Source of the DNA: an uncultured Bacteroidota bacterium
Lineage (GTDB): Bacteria; Bacteroidota; Bacteroidia; Flavobacteriales; Flavobacteriaceae
Length of the DNA stretch: 64,000 bases
Assembly: GCA_902518355.1 (NCBI GenBank)
Contig: CABYFY010000003.1
Coordinates: 73,502 to 137,501, forward strand
Direction: 5' to 3'
Position 1 is the stretch's first letter; each line of letters starts with the position of its first letter. A model generated the notes under the pieces. The model made no database searches, was not told the origin of the DNA, and saw only the letters and a list, made by a program, of their open reading frames with translations. The translations under genes and the position numbers were made by a program. This document shows, piece after piece, positions 1-8,464 of this stretch.

Positions 1-2
1 AA

Positions 3-509
3 AAACAAAACATACTTGTGTATCCAACAGGTATTATATGTACTATAATCACAATGTACCTGATGTATAAGGTTAGTTTATTGGGTCATATACTTGTTAA
101 TTTACTCTACACAATTATTAGCTTTTTTGGATGGTGGAATTGGTCTAGAAGAGAGAATAATGATTTAGTGGTCAAGGTTTCAAAATTCACCTCTAATGAC
201 CTTACCAAGTCATTATTAATTTTCTTTTTTATTGTGTTTGTTGCCTACTTTGCACACGATTTCTTTGCAACTAATTTTGAAGGCCAAATAAAGGAATTGG
301 ATATTTTAACATCTGGAATCTTTGTAACTGCAATGTGGTTAATGGCAAATAAAAAATTAGAAAATTGGATATTATGGATAATTGGAAATGTGATAACTAT
401 ACCTCTATATCTTTCAAGTGATAAGATTATATTATCAATTCAATATGTTATTTTTACCATACTTGCAATTCAGGCATATATAGAATGGAACAAAAGCTTA
501 AGCAAATAA
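3..509 (+). CDS. pnuC: PnuC-family nicotinamide riboside transporter (5' end probably upstream of the window)
   Basis: The frame is open back to the window edge. It is a multi-pass hydrophobic protein with PnuC-like motifs FFGWWNW and LMANKKLENWILWIIGN..IPLY. It overlaps the following NadR-type kinase gene. Confidence 0.8.
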   Translation, partial: KQNILVYPTGIICTIITMYLMYKVSLLGHILVNLLYTIISFFGWWNWSRRENNDLVVKVSKFTSNDLTKSLLIFFFIVFVAYFAHDFFATNFEGQIKELDILTSGIFVTAMWLMANKKLENWILWIIGNVITIPLYLSSDKIILSIQYVIFTILAIQAYIEWNKSLSK

Positions 510-1042
510 AATCTAATTGTAAAAGGGTTGTCCTTTATGGACCAGAGTCAACTGGAAAAACAACTTTAGCAATTGAATTGTCGAAACATTTCAATGTTCA
601 CTGGGTTCCTGAATATGCACGAGAGTATTTACAGAAAGTTTGGGATAGCGAAAAAAGAATTTGTGAACCAAAGGATATATTACCAATTGCGTTTGGTCAA
701 ATGGAGTTAGAGAACCATTATGTGAAAAAGTCTGATTCACTTATAATTTGCGACACTAATCTTTTCGAAACAATGGTGTATTCAAAATATTATTACGGAG
801 GAAACTGTGATCCACTTCTAGAAAAATATGCGCTAAAAAATAACTATGATTTATTTCTTTTAACTGACATTGATATTCCATGGGAAAAAGATGATTTAAG
901 AGATAAGCCTAACGAAAGAGAGGAATCTTTTGAGATTTTTAAAAACGAACTTATAAAAAATAATATTCCTTTTGAATTGATAAATGGCACTAGAATTGAA
1001 AGGTTAAAAAAAGCAATTAATTGTATAAATAAAATAATATAA
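485..1042 (+). CDS. NadR-type ribosylnicotinamide kinase-like P-loop ATPase (kinase domain only)
   Basis: P-loop GPESTGKTTLA followed by WVPEYAREYL, as in the C-terminal RNK domain of NadR. At 185 aa there is no room for HTH or NMNAT domains. Overlaps pnuC by 25 nt. Confidence 0.75.
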   Translation: MEQKLKQIKSNCKRVVLYGPESTGKTTLAIELSKHFNVHWVPEYAREYLQKVWDSEKRICEPKDILPIAFGQMELENHYVKKSDSLIICDTNLFETMVYSKYYYGGNCDPLLEKYALKNNYDLFLLTDIDIPWEKDDLRDKPNEREESFEIFKNELIKNNIPFELINGTRIERLKKAINCINKII

Positions 1043-1060
1043 ATTTTATATTTTTAACCC

Positions 1061-1360
1061 GTGAAAAAATTCCACAGTTTTTTTCTTTCAGTTTTACTAA
1101 TAGTACCTAGTATCATAAGCTTTGCTCATCACATTTTTGAAGAGCACAAACCCTGTACTGAAACTGAAATTCATTTTCATCAAGATGAAATTAACTGTTC
1201 TACCTGCTTCGTATTAAATAACATAGATAATAGCTTTATTAGCTACACAGAGTTTAATTATAATTTGGTTTTAATAGATGAATTAGTCATTGATCTTTAT
1301 GAAAACCATAAGTCAAACGACTTAAGGGTTTTTGATTTAAGAGCTCCGCCAGTTGTTTGA
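1061..1360 (+). CDS. small signal-anchored His/Cys-rich protein, unknown function
   Basis: GTG start and an N-terminal hydrophobic segment, then HHIFEEHKPCTETEIHFHQDEINCSTC (5 His and 3 Cys in 27 residues). It is the first gene of a co-directional cluster with a TonB-dependent receptor and a COG0523 GTPase. Confidence 0.5.
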   Translation: MKKFHSFFLSVLLIVPSIISFAHHIFEEHKPCTETEIHFHQDEINCSTCFVLNNIDNSFISYTEFNYNLVLIDELVIDLYENHKSNDLRVFDLRAPPVV

Positions 1361-1436
1361 TGAACTACACGTACTTTAATTAAGCGATACTAATCGCGAC
1401 ACAATTAATATTAATTAAACTTTTAATTTAAAAATT

Positions 1437-1985
1437 ATGAAAATTTTCAAATACGCCTTATTGGCAATACCTTTTTTATACTTCTCATGTGATGACGATA
1501 ACGATACGCCAGAACCGATTAATGAAGAAGAAGTAATTACTACAATGACAGTAACTCTAGTAAATCACCAAAATGGTAGTGATGTTGTTACTATGCAAAC
1601 ACAAGATTTAGATGGAGATGGTCCAAATGCACCTGTTGTAACTGTTTCTGGTCCTTTAACTGCTGGAACATCATATGCGGGATCTATTCAATGGTTAAAT
1701 GAAATGGAAGATCCAGCTGAGGATATCACACTAGAAGTACAAGAAGAAGATGATGAGCACCAAGTATTCTTCAGCGCTTCTGGAGTAGGAATGGAATTTG
1801 TTTACATGGATTTTGATGGAAATGGAAATCCTCTTGGAACACAGTTTGTACTTGCACCTCTTGGAGCTGGTTCAGGATCTGTAACCATTACTTTAGTGCA
1901 TGAGCCAAATAAACCAAATGATGGTTTAGATACAGCTGGTGGTTCTATTGATATTCAAACAACTTTCCCAGTAACTGTAGAGTAG
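1437..1985 (+). CDS. very acidic lipoprotein, unknown function (candidate surface partner of the downstream TonB-dependent receptor)
   Basis: Lipoprotein signal LLAIPFLYFSC, followed directly by DDDNDTPEP. Asp/Glu-rich throughout. The stop lies 4 nt before the receptor gene. Confidence 0.7.
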   Translation: MKIFKYALLAIPFLYFSCDDDNDTPEPINEEEVITTMTVTLVNHQNGSDVVTMQTQDLDGDGPNAPVVTVSGPLTAGTSYAGSIQWLNEMEDPAEDITLEVQEEDDEHQVFFSASGVGMEFVYMDFDGNGNPLGTQFVLAPLGAGSGSVTITLVHEPNKPNDGLDTAGGSIDIQTTFPVTVE

Positions 1986-1989
1986 ATAA

Positions 1990-4419
1990 ATGAATTGTAA
2001 GTGCAAGATGTGCGGTGCTAGTTTCTCATCGAAATTAGCACTCACTTTGTATTCCTTTTTTTCATTATGTTGCATAAATTCGTTTGCCCAAAATTGTAAT
2101 AACAGATTATCAATTCAGGTAATTGATTTGCATGATGGAACACCACTTGAAAATGCAACAGTTCAGACTAATGATTTATTGGGTACAACTGACTTTGACG
2201 GTAATTTAATTTTTGAAAATCTTTGTGAGGATACTTATGTGTTAACAATTTCTCATGAGGATTGTGAATCTTTGGTTCAAACCGTTGATATAAAAAAAGA
2301 TACTTTTCGTAAAATAAGATTAGAGCACCACTTAAACGAGTTAGAGGAAATTATGATTATTTCTAACAACAGAAATAATTCTAGAACCCTTTTCGAAAAT
2401 AAAATTTCTAAAGAAGTTCTTGATGATTATAACAGCAGAACTTTAGGAGAAGTCTTAAAAACTGTAACAGGTGTTAGTAGTCTTAACTCAGGAAGCTATC
2501 TATCAAAACCAGTCATAAATGGATTGCACAGTAGTCGTGTCATACTAATTAATAATGGTGTCAGATTAGAGGATCAGGAATGGGGAATTGAACATGCCCC
2601 AAGTATTGATATTAACTCAATTGATAAAATTTCAATCATTAAAGGAGCTAGTGCCTTAAAGTATGCAGGTGATGCAGTAGGTGGTGTTATAATTGCTGAA
2701 TCATCCAGAGAAAAATTATTAGATACTGTTTATGGAAACGCAACCACAAATCTTCAATCAAATGGAAGAGGAGGTAGTGTGTCAACTAATTTTACAAAAA
2801 CAAATAGCAATGGTTGGTACTACAGGCTACAAGGGACTTTAAAACGGATGGGTGACTTTGAAACACCTGAATATGTTATGACAAATACTGGTTTTTTAGA
2901 GCATAATTTGTCTTTAAAAGCCGGTCTGAATAGAATCGATCATGGATTTGACATTTACTATTCTTTATTTAGTAATCGTCTTGGGATACTTAGATCTTCT
3001 CATGCTCACACTGCTATAGATATTATCAACGCTATTGAAAATGACATACCTCACATAATAGAGGACTTTTCTTACGACATTAACATTCCAAGACAAAAAA
3101 TTAGTCATAATTTGCTTAAGCTTAGGGGTTTCAAAAACTTTGATTTTGGTAAACTTTCATTGAGATATGATTTTCAATCAAACGACAGAAAAGAATATGA
3201 CATAAGAAGAGGTGATAGAACGAGACCCGCCCTTGATTTAAATCTTCAAACACATTCTATCGCTTTTGATCTTGAGTCAAAATTTGAGAATAATTCAAAT
3301 TTAAAAACAGGAATTTCAGCTAGATATCAAAAGAATTTCCCAGATCCAGCAACTGGCGTAAAAAGAATTATTCCAGACTACAAAAAATATGATTTCAGTT
3401 TGTATTCTGTATTTGATATAGGGTTAAGCAACGATTGGTTACTAGAAGCAGGAATGAGATATGATTTTTCTCACATTGATGCGTATAAATATTACAGAAC
3501 ATCACTATGGGAAGCAAGAAATTACGATGAGTTATTCCCAGAATTTGTTGTTGAGGATTTAGGACTAAACACCTTAACTAATCCAAAATTTGATTTTCAC
3601 AATATTTCCTCCAATATCGGATTAAAATACTCAATTAGCAATAGTGAAAATATTTTCTTTAATTACTCTATGTCATCAAGGAAGCCTAATCCTTCTGAAC
3701 TATTTAGTGAGGGACTTCATCATTCATCTGCGAGAATTGAAATAGGAGACCTTAGCTTTAATTCAGAGGTTGGTCACAATTTTTCTTTGACATATGACTC
3801 ATCAAATGAAAAATCAAGTTTAGTTGTTAATACATTTGCTAATCTTGTTGATGATTTTATTTATATGATTCCTGTTGATTTAATGCCAACAATTGCTGGA
3901 GTTTTTCCATACTGGGAATACAAACAGGAAGATGCTAAACTTTTTGGGTTTGACGTAAAATATGACAGACAGTACTTTACTAATTTTTTTATCGGACATC
4001 AATTTTCAATTATAAAAGGGTATGAAAGAGAGAATGATAAACCTTTAATAAATATGCCTCCAGTAAATTTGAAAAACCAGATTTCGTATAGTATTCCAAA
4101 GATGAACAACTTGAATCTTTCCTTAGAAAGTGAATATGTATTTAGACAAAACGAATATCCAAATAATAATTTTGAAGTTTTTATTCCAACCGAAGATATA
4201 TATTTAACTTTAGACACTAGTACTCCTCCAGGTGCATATCATTTATTAAACTTTGCATCTTCAATTGGATTCAAATCTGAAAATGGAGGTAATTATAAAA
4301 TCAATCTAAGGATTGAAAATTTATTAAATCATCATTATAAAAATTATCTAAATAGACTAAGATATTTTACCCATGAAATGGGTAGAAATATTATGCTATC
4401 AGTTAGTTATAATTACTAA
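1990..4419 (+). CDS. TonB-dependent outer-membrane receptor (candidate zinc or other metal uptake)
   Basis: 809 aa. Signal peptide, carboxypeptidase-regulatory-like N-domain (LSIQVIDLHDGTPLENATV), plug region (NGLHSSRVILINNGVRLEDQEWG) and a beta-barrel with an aromatic C-terminus. Several His pairs (EHH, SHAH, LHH, NHH). Confidence 0.9.
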   Translation: MNCKCKMCGASFSSKLALTLYSFFSLCCINSFAQNCNNRLSIQVIDLHDGTPLENATVQTNDLLGTTDFDGNLIFENLCEDTYVLTISHEDCESLVQTVDIKKDTFRKIRLEHHLNELEEIMIISNNRNNSRTLFENKISKEVLDDYNSRTLGEVLKTVTGVSSLNSGSYLSKPVINGLHSSRVILINNGVRLEDQEWGIEHAPSIDINSIDKISIIKGASALKYAGDAVGGVIIAESSREKLLDTVYGNATTNLQSNGRGGSVSTNFTKTNSNGWYYRLQGTLKRMGDFETPEYVMTNTGFLEHNLSLKAGLNRIDHGFDIYYSLFSNRLGILRSSHAHTAIDIINAIENDIPHIIEDFSYDINIPRQKISHNLLKLRGFKNFDFGKLSLRYDFQSNDRKEYDIRRGDRTRPALDLNLQTHSIAFDLESKFENNSNLKTGISARYQKNFPDPATGVKRIIPDYKKYDFSLYSVFDIGLSNDWLLEAGMRYDFSHIDAYKYYRTSLWEARNYDELFPEFVVEDLGLNTLTNPKFDFHNISSNIGLKYSISNSENIFFNYSMSSRKPNPSELFSEGLHHSSARIEIGDLSFNSEVGHNFSLTYDSSNEKSSLVVNTFANLVDDFIYMIPVDLMPTIAGVFPYWEYKQEDAKLFGFDVKYDRQYFTNFFIGHQFSIIKGYERENDKPLINMPPVNLKNQISYSIPKMNNLNLSLESEYVFRQNEYPNNNFEVFIPTEDIYLTLDTSTPPGAYHLLNFASSIGFKSENGGNYKINLRIENLLNHHYKNYLNRLRYFTHEMGRNIMLSVSYNY

Positions 4420-4436
4420 TTATTTAATACTTGTTT

Positions 4437-5645
4437 ATGAATTTAAAAAAACTCCCAGTTACAGTGCTAAGTGGTTTTTTAGGTGCTGGAAAGACAACTT
4501 TACTTAATCATATACTTCATAATAAACAGGGTTTAAAGGCAGCTGTTATTGTAAATGATATGAGTGAAGTTAATATTGATGCGGAACTTGTAAAAAGCGA
4601 AAATAGTCTTTCAAGAACAGATGAAAAATTAGTGGAAATGAGTAACGGATGTATTTGTTGTACCCTCCGTGAAGATTTAATAATTGAAGTAGAAAAATTA
4701 GCTGCTGAAAATAGATTTGATTATTTAATAATTGAAAGTACCGGAATCTCTGAGCCAATCCCAGTTGCCCAAACGTTTAGTTTTGAAAGTGAAGATGGAA
4801 ATATTGATTTAAGTAAATTTAGTTATGTTGATACAATGGTTACCGTTGTCGATTCTTTTAATTTTATTAAAGATTTTTCAAGTCCAGAGTATCTTGTTGA
4901 CAGAAGTCTTACTGATATTGAAGGAGATGATAGAACTATTGTTAACCTTTTAACTGATCAAGTTGAGTTTGCAAATGTTATTTTGTTAAATAAAGTTGAC
5001 CTTGTTTCTAAATCTGAATTGCAAATACTGTCAGAAATAATTCATAAACTAAATCCTGAAGCCAAGCTAATTAAAACAACTCATTCAAAGGTTGCCCTCA
5101 ATGAGGTAATCAATACAGGATTATTTGACTTTGAAAAAGCTGAGGCATCTGCTGGATGGATAAAAGAATTAGAAAATGAGCATATTCCTGAGACAGAAGA
5201 ATATGGAATTGGTTCATTTGTCTTTAGAAGTAAAGCCCCTTTTCATCCTGAACGATTTCTTTCTTTTGTAACAGAAAATTTTCCGTCTAATATTATAAGG
5301 AGTAAAGGATTATTTTGGATTGCATCTCGTTCAAATCAGGCACTTGTTTGGAGCTCAGCTGGCGGTTCAATAAAAGCGGATCCTGCTGGAGTGTGGTGGG
5401 ATTCAATGCCTTTTAATGAAAGAATTAACTACCCTTCTTTTTTGAATAATCAAAGTCAAATTGAATCAGAATGGCATGTTGATTTTGGAGACAGAAAAAT
5501 TGAACTTGTTTTTATTGGTCAAAATTTAGATGTAAAATCAATTACAAAAGTATTAGAAAATTGTCTATTAACTGAAAAGGAATTAATTGATTGGGGAAAT
5601 GGGGACTTCTCACAGCACGATAATTGGCCAATTAAAAATCACTAA
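4437..5645 (+). CDS. COG0523/CobW-family GTPase, putative zinc metallochaperone
   Basis: P-loop GFLGAGKTTLLNHIL and the CICCTL metal-binding motif typical of COG0523. The ORF track starts at TTG 4431; ATG 4437 (MNLKKLPV) is preferred. Confidence 0.9.
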   Translation: MNLKKLPVTVLSGFLGAGKTTLLNHILHNKQGLKAAVIVNDMSEVNIDAELVKSENSLSRTDEKLVEMSNGCICCTLREDLIIEVEKLAAENRFDYLIIESTGISEPIPVAQTFSFESEDGNIDLSKFSYVDTMVTVVDSFNFIKDFSSPEYLVDRSLTDIEGDDRTIVNLLTDQVEFANVILLNKVDLVSKSELQILSEIIHKLNPEAKLIKTTHSKVALNEVINTGLFDFEKAEASAGWIKELENEHIPETEEYGIGSFVFRSKAPFHPERFLSFVTENFPSNIIRSKGLFWIASRSNQALVWSSAGGSIKADPAGVWWDSMPFNERINYPSFLNNQSQIESEWHVDFGDRKIELVFIGQNLDVKSITKVLENCLLTEKELIDWGNGDFSQHDNWPIKNH

Positions 5646-5682
5646 TCTATTTTATCAAAAATTTGTAATTTTGTTTCAAATA

Positions 5683-5752
5683 ATAGGGGTGCTTTGAAGG
5701 CTGAGATTATACCCATGGAACCTGGAACAGGTAATGCTGTTTAGGAAATTGA
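5683..5752 (+). promoter_or_regulatory. TPP (THI-box) riboswitch aptamer
   Basis: AGGGGTGCTTTGAAGGCTGAGATTATACCCATGGAACCTGGAACAGGTAATGCTGTTTAGGAAA. It carries the conserved GGGGUGC, CUGAGA and ACCC elements. The ACCUG..ACAG-GUAAUG-CUGU..AGGAA arm matches E. coli thiM (ACCUGAUCUGGAUAAUGCCAGCGUAGGGAA). It ends about 50 nt upstream of the receptor ATG. Confidence 0.85.
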
Positions 5753-5804
5753 TAATTTCAATGTAGTTTTTGTAAACACTCCACTTAACTTAAACTATAT
5801 ATTC

Positions 5805-7925
5805 ATGAAAAAATTTGTGTTTGTTCTATTGGCTTTTAGCTTATCGCTAAGTGCACAAGAATCTGTTTTAGATTCACTAGAGGTTCAAAATCTAGAAGAA
5901 GTAATTGTATCTTCAGTAAGGGTTAAAGACAATATCCCAATAGCGTTTAATAATGTTTCTAAAGAAGAAATTTCAAAAAGGAATTTAGGTCAAGATATTC
6001 CTATTTTATTAAATTTTTTACCCAATGTAGTTACTACTTCGGATGCGGGTGCAGGCATCGGTTATACCGGAATTAGAATAAGAGGGGTTAACTCACAGTC
6101 GACGAATGTTACTATCAATGGAATTCCTTATAATGATGCTGAATCATTAGGTACCTTCTGGGTCGATTTACCTGATTTCTCATCATCTGTTGAGAATTTA
6201 CAAGTTCAAAGGGGTATTGGAACTTCTGTTAACGGATCAAGTGCTTTTGGAGCAAGTATTAATATTTTAACTGATAAAATTTCTCAAAACCCATACTTTG
6301 AAAGTGCTAATACAATAGGAAGTTTTAACACTGTAAAGAATAATTTTAGATTTAGTACAGGTTTATTAAAAGAGACTATCGAATTTTCGGGTAGACTTTC
6401 AAAAATAGATTCTGACGGATATATTGATAGGGCCTCATCAGATTTAAAATCTTATTTTCTTCAGCTTTCATATAAAAAAAATAAAACATTATTAAAATTT
6501 TTAAATTTTGGCGGGCATGAAATAACCTACCAAGCTTGGAATGGAATTGATCTTCAGACATTAGAAAATAATAGAATTTATAATCCATCAGGACTTTATT
6601 ATGATTTAAACGGAGAAGAAAGGTTTCATGAAAATGAAGTTGATAACTATAAGCAAGATCATTTTCAATTTCATTGGACCCAGTCATTTTCCGAAAATCT
6701 TTCATCAAATTTAGGTTTAAACCTTACAAATGGTAAGGGATATTATGAGCAGTATAATGAAAATGGAAGTGAAGACTTTATTACAAGAAAGTGGCTAGAC
6801 AATCAGTTTTATGTTATTAATTACACGTTAAATTATTTAAAAAATAATAATAATATAATTTTTGGCTCGACATACAGTGTATATGATGGAGATCATTTTG
6901 GAGAAACAATATGGTCACAAAATTCAGGTGATATTGAGTTTACAGATCTTTTTTATAATGGAAATGGTTTGAAAAAAGACTTTAGTAATTTTATAAAATC
7001 AATTTATCAGATTTCTAATGATGTTAGCATTTATGCAGATTTACAACTTAGAAATATTGATTATCATACAACAGGAAGCACTTCAAATATTGATCAATTA
7101 GTTGTCGATAAAAAATATTCATTTTTTAATCCAAAAGCAGGATTAAATTATGATATAAATCAAAAGAATAAAATCTATTTTTCTCTTTCAAAGGCTCATA
7201 GAGAACCAACTCGAAGTGATTTTGAAAACAATATCAATATTCAGCCAGAAGAATTAATCGATTATGAATTAGGGTGGAAATATAACTCAGAAAAGTTTTT
7301 CTTTAACTCTAATCTCTACTACATGGGCTACAAAAATCAGCTAGTTTTAACTGGAGCTTTAGACGATGTTGGTTCACCTATAAGAGAAAACAGTGGTAAG
7401 AGTTACAGAACGGGTATTGAATTAGAGTCTGTATATAAGGCTACAAACAAATTAAATATTTCTGCAAATATTAGTTTTAGCGAAAATAAAAATGTAGACT
7501 ATAAGACTAATTACAATGGAGTTATTACAGATTGGGGTGATACAGATATTTCATTTTCACCAAATGTCATCTCTTCAGCTGGTATTCAGTTTAATGCATC
7601 TCAGGATTTAACTTTTGCTTTATTGAATAAATTTGTTGGAAATCAATATATGAGTAATACTGAATCGAATATCTCCAAGCTAAGTTCATATTCTACTACA
7701 GATTTAAATATCTTATATACGATAAAAAACTCAGCTTATTTTAGTGAAATTATATTTACCGCTATGATTAATAATATTTTTAACAAAGAATATGTGTCAA
7801 ACGGTTATTATTACACTTATGACGATACATGGTCAGATCCTAATTTAATCACAACTATTGAAGGAACCGGTTATTATCCTCAAGCTAAGAGAAATTTTTT
7901 ACTAGGACTAACATTCAAACTTTAA
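5805..7925 (+). CDS. TonB-dependent outer-membrane receptor under TPP-riboswitch control (thiamine or thiamine-precursor uptake)
   Basis: 706 aa. Signal peptide, plug motifs (IPILLNFLPNVVTTSDAGAGIGYTGIRIRG, NGIPYND) and a long beta-barrel. The TPP riboswitch lies immediately upstream. Confidence 0.9.
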   Translation: MKKFVFVLLAFSLSLSAQESVLDSLEVQNLEEVIVSSVRVKDNIPIAFNNVSKEEISKRNLGQDIPILLNFLPNVVTTSDAGAGIGYTGIRIRGVNSQSTNVTINGIPYNDAESLGTFWVDLPDFSSSVENLQVQRGIGTSVNGSSAFGASINILTDKISQNPYFESANTIGSFNTVKNNFRFSTGLLKETIEFSGRLSKIDSDGYIDRASSDLKSYFLQLSYKKNKTLLKFLNFGGHEITYQAWNGIDLQTLENNRIYNPSGLYYDLNGEERFHENEVDNYKQDHFQFHWTQSFSENLSSNLGLNLTNGKGYYEQYNENGSEDFITRKWLDNQFYVINYTLNYLKNNNNIIFGSTYSVYDGDHFGETIWSQNSGDIEFTDLFYNGNGLKKDFSNFIKSIYQISNDVSIYADLQLRNIDYHTTGSTSNIDQLVVDKKYSFFNPKAGLNYDINQKNKIYFSLSKAHREPTRSDFENNINIQPEELIDYELGWKYNSEKFFFNSNLYYMGYKNQLVLTGALDDVGSPIRENSGKSYRTGIELESVYKATNKLNISANISFSENKNVDYKTNYNGVITDWGDTDISFSPNVISSAGIQFNASQDLTFALLNKFVGNQYMSNTESNISKLSSYSTTDLNILYTIKNSAYFSEIIFTAMINNIFNKEYVSNGYYYTYDDTWSDPNLITTIEGTGYYPQAKRNFLLGLTFKL

Positions 7926-8368
7926 AAGCTAGTGATTATCAATATATTTCCATTAACCTCAACTCTGTAAGGTTTTAGTGAACATGTCAAGGCAATACCT
8001 ATAGACTGTCCAGTGATTAGACTATAGGTGTTTTGTTCAGCACAACTAGAAGCTGCTTCTAATCCGTTAATACTTAAAATTGAGCATGGTAGGTTGGTAT
8101 GGTTTGGATCTGCGGCATCCCATGCAAGATAACCAGTGCCAGAGTTTACAACAATTATCCCGCCGTTACCTACATTAGGAATATAAACTGAATTGCTAAT
8201 AAAATTTAGTTCATTATACTGAGGTAAATTTAGATTTATCTCATAATATATATCCAAATCAAGAAGAAAATTACATCGAGAATCATTAATGTCTTTAGCA
8301 CAGCCTACAAATAATATAAATAGGATAAAGTATAATAAATTTACTTGCTTCACCTGATAAAAATACAA
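7922..8368 (-). CDS. lipoprotein with a Rieske-like fold lacking full cluster ligands (by-eye alignment)
   Basis: Lipobox ILFVGC. The C-terminal part aligns by eye to the Rieske lipoprotein at 55544..56047: AWDAADPNH vs AYTNVCPH, CAEQNTY vs CNSHNNTY, NGNILIIT vs GDNLIVAT. Confidence 0.55.
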   Translation of the reverse strand: MYFYQVKQVNLLYFILFILFVGCAKDINDSRCNFLLDLDIYYEINLNLPQYNELNFISNSVYIPNVGNGGIIVVNSGTGYLAWDAADPNHTNLPCSILSINGLEAASSCAEQNTYSLITGQSIGIALTCSLKPYRVEVNGNILIITSF

Positions 8369-8394
8369 TAAATAAGTATGATTTAAATATTTTG

Positions 8395-8402
8395 TATATT
8401 TG
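8395..8402 (+). promoter_or_regulatory. candidate Bacteroidota -7 promoter element (TAnnTTTG) for greA
   Basis: TATATTTG, 63 nt upstream of the greA ATG. Confidence 0.4.
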
Positions 8403-8464
8403 ATTTAGGTCTCGTGAAAGCGAGATTTTTCTTTTATAAGAGAAACAAACTAAAAACCATTGAT

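Noticed and set aside
3-509. Considered whether the PnuC-family gene is the thiamine-type PnuT, linked to the TPP-riboswitch receptor 5 kb away.
   Set aside because: It is directly coupled to an NadR-type ribosylnicotinamide kinase rather than a thiamine pyrophosphokinase. No riboswitch precedes it within the window. The upstream region is cut off, so this is not fully excluded.
8414-8464. The longer N-terminal extension of greA offered by the ORF track (and similar TTG/GTG-extended starts at 4431, 15234, 24751, 54372 and 57518).
   Set aside because: The extensions add non-conserved residues ahead of canonical N-termini. In each case an in-frame ATG with a better-matching protein start follows within 3-17 codons.
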